From Alphaproteobacteria bacterium (GTDB taxonomy: Bacteria > Pseudomonadota > Alphaproteobacteria > GCA-2731375), in contig CBDEHK010000001.1 in the NCBI GenBank assembly GCA_965238305.1, positions 893,717-957,716 on the forward strand: 64,000 nt of DNA. The letters are read 5' to 3'. Below are positions 60,659 to 64,000 of the stretch, piece by piece. The notes under the pieces are model-generated. The model searched no databases. It worked only from the letters and a program-made list of their open reading frames with translations, and was not told the origin of the DNA. Positions within the stretch are counted from its first letter, which is position 1; each line of letters starts with the position of its first letter. The translations under genes were made by a program, and so were the position numbers.

Positions 60659-62185
60659 ATGCGCGAAAGCCGGTTAAGTGATAGAGAAACTGAAATTGCG
60701 CAAGCTTATGCGAACGGAGACAATTATCGCCAAATCGCCGAGGCTTTGTACATTGCGCCGTCGACGGTCCGCACCCACATAACGACGATTTACCGAAAAC
60801 TAAGTGTCTCCTCAAAGCTGGGGCTTCATAAAGCACTTGCAGACTTCGAACTGGAAACCCGGCAAAGTCGACAAGAAGGGCGGGCAGTAACAGATTCTGA
60901 ACAGGATTTCCGTTCATCAGAAGTGAGCGGTTCGACAAGCAACACTGGTGGTTTACAAACGCCGCAACAGGATTGGCATTCTTCGATCGTCGTGTTGCCC
61001 TTCACCAACATTTCTGGCAATCCGCATCAGACGTCATTCGTCGATGGCTTGACCGAAGACATAACATCAAACCTGTCGCGCATTCACGGGTTGCTGGTGA
61101 TCGCGCGTAATTCCGCATTTTTCTATAAGGATGCGCCCACAAACATTCATATAATCGCAAAGGAATTAAATGTCCGCTATGTGCTGGAAGGCAGTGCCCG
61201 AATGTCCGGCTCACGCGTGAGAGTGATCGCACATTTGGTCGACGCGGACAATTCTCAACAAATTTGGTCCGAGACATATGACAAGAATCTAGACGACTTG
61301 TTTGATGTTCAAGACGAGATCACCAGGGCGGTTGCCTCTTCCACGCAAACCCAGGTCGTCTTGAACGAGGGCGACCGAAGACGCGCCCAAGTAGATACCG
61401 ATTTTCAGGATTTGCGCGATATTTCGAAAATAGGTTGGCGCTATGTTTACGATCTTAAGGCAGAATCCTTTGCCCAGGCTCTGATTCTGGCGGAGAAGGC
61501 ACAACAGATCAATCCAGAGCATCCATGCAGTCATCAATTGCGGGCGGCGGCACTTTATCACAGGGCATTGCAAGGTTATTCGCAAGATGCTGCGAGTGAT
61601 TTGTTCGCGGCCAGAGAAGCGATACGGGCGGCGATAAATCTCGACGATCAAGACGAGTTCTCCCATTGGATTTTGGGATTGACCGCATTTCACGGGCAAC
61701 GCGATGTGGCGCTTGCGATCAACGAGCTGAAACGGGCCATAGAATTAAATCCAAATTTCTCCCTCGCTCACGCCGCCTCTGGGACGGTTTATGCCTATGC
61801 CGGCATGTTCGAGGAAGCCTTGGCCAGCTGCGAATTGGCCCTTCGCCTCAACCCCCGCGACCCGAGTAATTTTTTCAGATATTCAGCCATGTTGGTCGCT
61901 CATTTCACAATTGGAAAATATGGCGAAGCACAGGCGCTGGCCGAGCAATCACTGCGCAGTGGGCCGAGTTGGCGAGTAGCCCATATCATCAGGATTGCCA
62001 GTTTGGTTTTGCTGGGTGATATGCAGAAAGCGGAACGAAGCGTCTCCAACTTCCTAACCCATTGGCCGGCGGAAACCGTGGCATGTGCGTCAACGTTGCC
62101 GTTCATAGACCCAAAACACAATGATCTGGTTGCGGATTGTTTGGGAAAAACGGGCCTGCAAGACGCATTGCGAATCGTCGAGTAG
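60659..62185 (+). CDS. LuxR-HTH / TolB-like / TPR regulator
   Basis: LSDRETEI...IAEALYIAPSTVRTH, SIVVLPFTN...DGLTEDI...VRYVLEGS, TPRs. Confidence 0.88.
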   Translation: MRESRLSDRETEIAQAYANGDNYRQIAEALYIAPSTVRTHITTIYRKLSVSSKLGLHKALADFELETRQSRQEGRAVTDSEQDFRSSEVSGSTSNTGGLQTPQQDWHSSIVVLPFTNISGNPHQTSFVDGLTEDITSNLSRIHGLLVIARNSAFFYKDAPTNIHIIAKELNVRYVLEGSARMSGSRVRVIAHLVDADNSQQIWSETYDKNLDDLFDVQDEITRAVASSTQTQVVLNEGDRRRAQVDTDFQDLRDISKIGWRYVYDLKAESFAQALILAEKAQQINPEHPCSHQLRAAALYHRALQGYSQDAASDLFAAREAIRAAINLDDQDEFSHWILGLTAFHGQRDVALAINELKRAIELNPNFSLAHAASGTVYAYAGMFEEALASCELALRLNPRDPSNFFRYSAMLVAHFTIGKYGEAQALAEQSLRSGPSWRVAHIIRIASLVLLGDMQKAERSVSNFLTHWPAETVACASTLPFIDPKHNDLVADCLGKTGLQDALRIVE

Positions 62186-62215
62186 GTCATTTTCCCAAGC
62201 AGTCAGCGCGGAACG

Positions 62216-62330
62216 CGATGACTGCCCCGAATTGCGAAATGAAGTTCCTGTTACAAAGACAAAGCTCTGTTATGCCGTCAATTTCGGACTAAATGCGATT
62301 TAGGCCAAGTGGTCCGGATATGCCAAAAGC
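62216..62330 (+). repeat. ~115-bp intergenic repeat element, copy B
   Basis: Roughly 75% identical to copy A by eye. Confidence 0.85.
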
Positions 62331-62487
62331 CGCCGTTCAATCGGTCATTGACGGTTGAAATCAGAGCTTGCGGAGAAATTTGGTTGTGCGGATCTTGCCA
62401 AAACGAAAAGGCCGATTTTTGGCCATTCGTGAAGATGAATTACGATATGATAGCGTAGAACTGAAATATTTGATTTAGATAGGACAG

Positions 62488-63282
62488 ATGACACAATCTC
62501 AACCGATGAAACTCTATTATCACGTCGCCAGCAGTGCTTCGATGAGGGTAACACTATACTTGGCTTGTCGAAAGGTGCCGCTGCAAATCGTGCAGTTGGT
62601 CAGCACCGGGCTGAAAACCGATCATCGTGGCATCATGGTTTTTACCTTGCCTGATGGTGATGCTGTGACGGTTGAATTAGGCACGAATGACTTAACGGCG
62701 TTTAATCCCGAGGGACGAATACCAATTCTACTGTTGCCCGACGGTCGTAAAATGACCCAGTCGGGCGCAATCATTGATTATATCGAAAGTGTAACACCAG
62801 CCACGGATGGCATGCATTTGGTGCCTTCGGATCCATGGGCAAAGGCGGAGATGCAGCGGATCATGTACATCATCGCAGCTGATGTACAGCCCTATCAGAA
62901 CATCCCCTTTATCATCCAGGCCATGGGAGAATGGGGTATGGTGAAGGCGCCGCCGACGGTGCATCCTTTGCGGATACACTTCATCCGCCGAGAATTTTCT
63001 GCTTTGGATAAAATTCTGGCGGTAAGCGCAGGGCAATTTGCTGTTGGTGACGAGATTAGTTTGGCGGATTGTTTCCTGGTGCCTCAGATCCGCAACGCCT
63101 TGTTAGCCGAGATTGATTTGGCCGCGGAGTTCCCTCATATGGCCCGCATTTGGGACAATATGCTGGCCGTGCCGGAAGTGGACAAGGTTGTCCAAGCCGC
63201 TGGTGGCAAGGTGCAGCCCCTGGCCTTTGACGCAGAGAAATTTGAGATTTATGCCACAAGGCCAAAAACCCATCTAAGCTGA
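62488..63282 (+). CDS. Zeta-class GST / maleylacetoacetate isomerase-like protein
   Basis: SSASMRV, NPEGRIP, TQSGAIIDY, ADVQPYQN, SLADCFLVPQ. Confidence 0.8.
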   Translation: MTQSQPMKLYYHVASSASMRVTLYLACRKVPLQIVQLVSTGLKTDHRGIMVFTLPDGDAVTVELGTNDLTAFNPEGRIPILLLPDGRKMTQSGAIIDYIESVTPATDGMHLVPSDPWAKAEMQRIMYIIAADVQPYQNIPFIIQAMGEWGMVKAPPTVHPLRIHFIRREFSALDKILAVSAGQFAVGDEISLADCFLVPQIRNALLAEIDLAAEFPHMARIWDNMLAVPEVDKVVQAAGGKVQPLAFDAEKFEIYATRPKTHLS

Positions 63283-63382
63283 TATGGTTTTTCAGGCTTT
63301 AGGGTTTTAATCACATTGATGGTCGGACGCCCCCATATTTTCTGAGTGCTGCTTTCAGCGGTTTGGATCAAGAAATCAACTG

Positions 63383-63502
63383 ATGGCCGCCCGGGTCAAC
63401 TGCGGTCGACTTGGCGCGCCCTAGACGACGACTGCTTTACTTGCAACAACGGACGTTATTTGTTGAATGCAGTGACGGCAGCTAAGTGCCAGGAGCAGTC
63501 AC
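63383..63502 (+). repeat. Degenerate tripartite palindromic (REP/MITE-like) element
   Basis: GGCCGC-CCGGGTCAACT-GCGGTC ... GACTGCTTTAC...AACGGAC ... GGCAGCTAAGTGCCAGGAGCAGTC. Confidence 0.45.
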
Positions 63503-64000
63503 TTTTCGGCTCGCATTGGGCCAACGTAAAGCTAAGGGGCGGGTAAAAACGCTTTCGTCCCACTTGAGCACAATGTTATCCAGGTGAAGATGCGCTTTCA
63601 GCCTGAACGGCAACAAATAATTTGCCATATCCCATACCTTCCCGGTTACTTATTTCAAGCAAATGATTGTAAGTATCGCTTTGGCCAGCAGGAATAATTT
63701 CTTTTAGTGGTTCCAGACGTTTGTCTTTATCAAATAGGGTTTCAAACACCCAACCAACTAATTATACGGCAGATGGGCACCCTTCGTCGAAGTGATGCCA
63801 TATCTCAATAGATAATATCATATCGGTAGACGACATGGCACAATAATGCCGAAACGCAAGGGAAGGCTGCCGCGATGCAAACGGTACTTTATTATTTGAA
63901 TAGGGGATTTGGAATTGAGAACCCGGACGATCTTACGTTCTTAGCCGCAGTATCGTTGGGCATATTAGCGGCTATTGCGGTGCTGGTTTATATCATTTCT

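Noticed and set aside
52802-64000. Classical integron, prophage or CRISPR array
   Set aside because: No intI, phage structural or cas genes; no canonical RYYYAAC...GTTRRRY attC seen and no regularly spaced short repeats

Overview
Alphaproteobacterial chromosomal window, probably Rhodospirillales-like (inferred from gene content and CtrA-type boxes). In order it holds: a 3'-truncated TadG-like gene; a branched acyl-CoA catabolic cluster (CoA-transferase, TetR, carboxylase beta/alpha, HMG-CoA lyase, serine hydrolase); a ~23-kb surface-layer locus (11.7-34.3 kb); an ECF sigma/EF-hand module; a truncated globin plus adenylate cyclase; a Dpp/Opp ABC transporter; a GMC oxidoreductase; grpE; and an accessory tract with no integrase in the window. 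The surface-layer locus has three tandem ~600-aa RTX Ca-binding paralogs, five sulfotransferases, glycosyltransferases and a type I secretion ABC/MFP pair. Notable signals: (i) a conserved motif in all three RTX 3' trailers is complementary to the leader of RTX gene 1 just upstream of its RBS, and CtrA boxes precede the paralogs; (ii) two of three TPR-sulfotransferases carry an early in-frame stop; (iii) the tract after grpE is built from small gene blocks bounded by successive direct repeats (278-bp grpE 3' end, 33-bp dioxygenase 3' end, ~115-bp intergenic element), like an additive cassette array. All calls are by eye, with no database searches.
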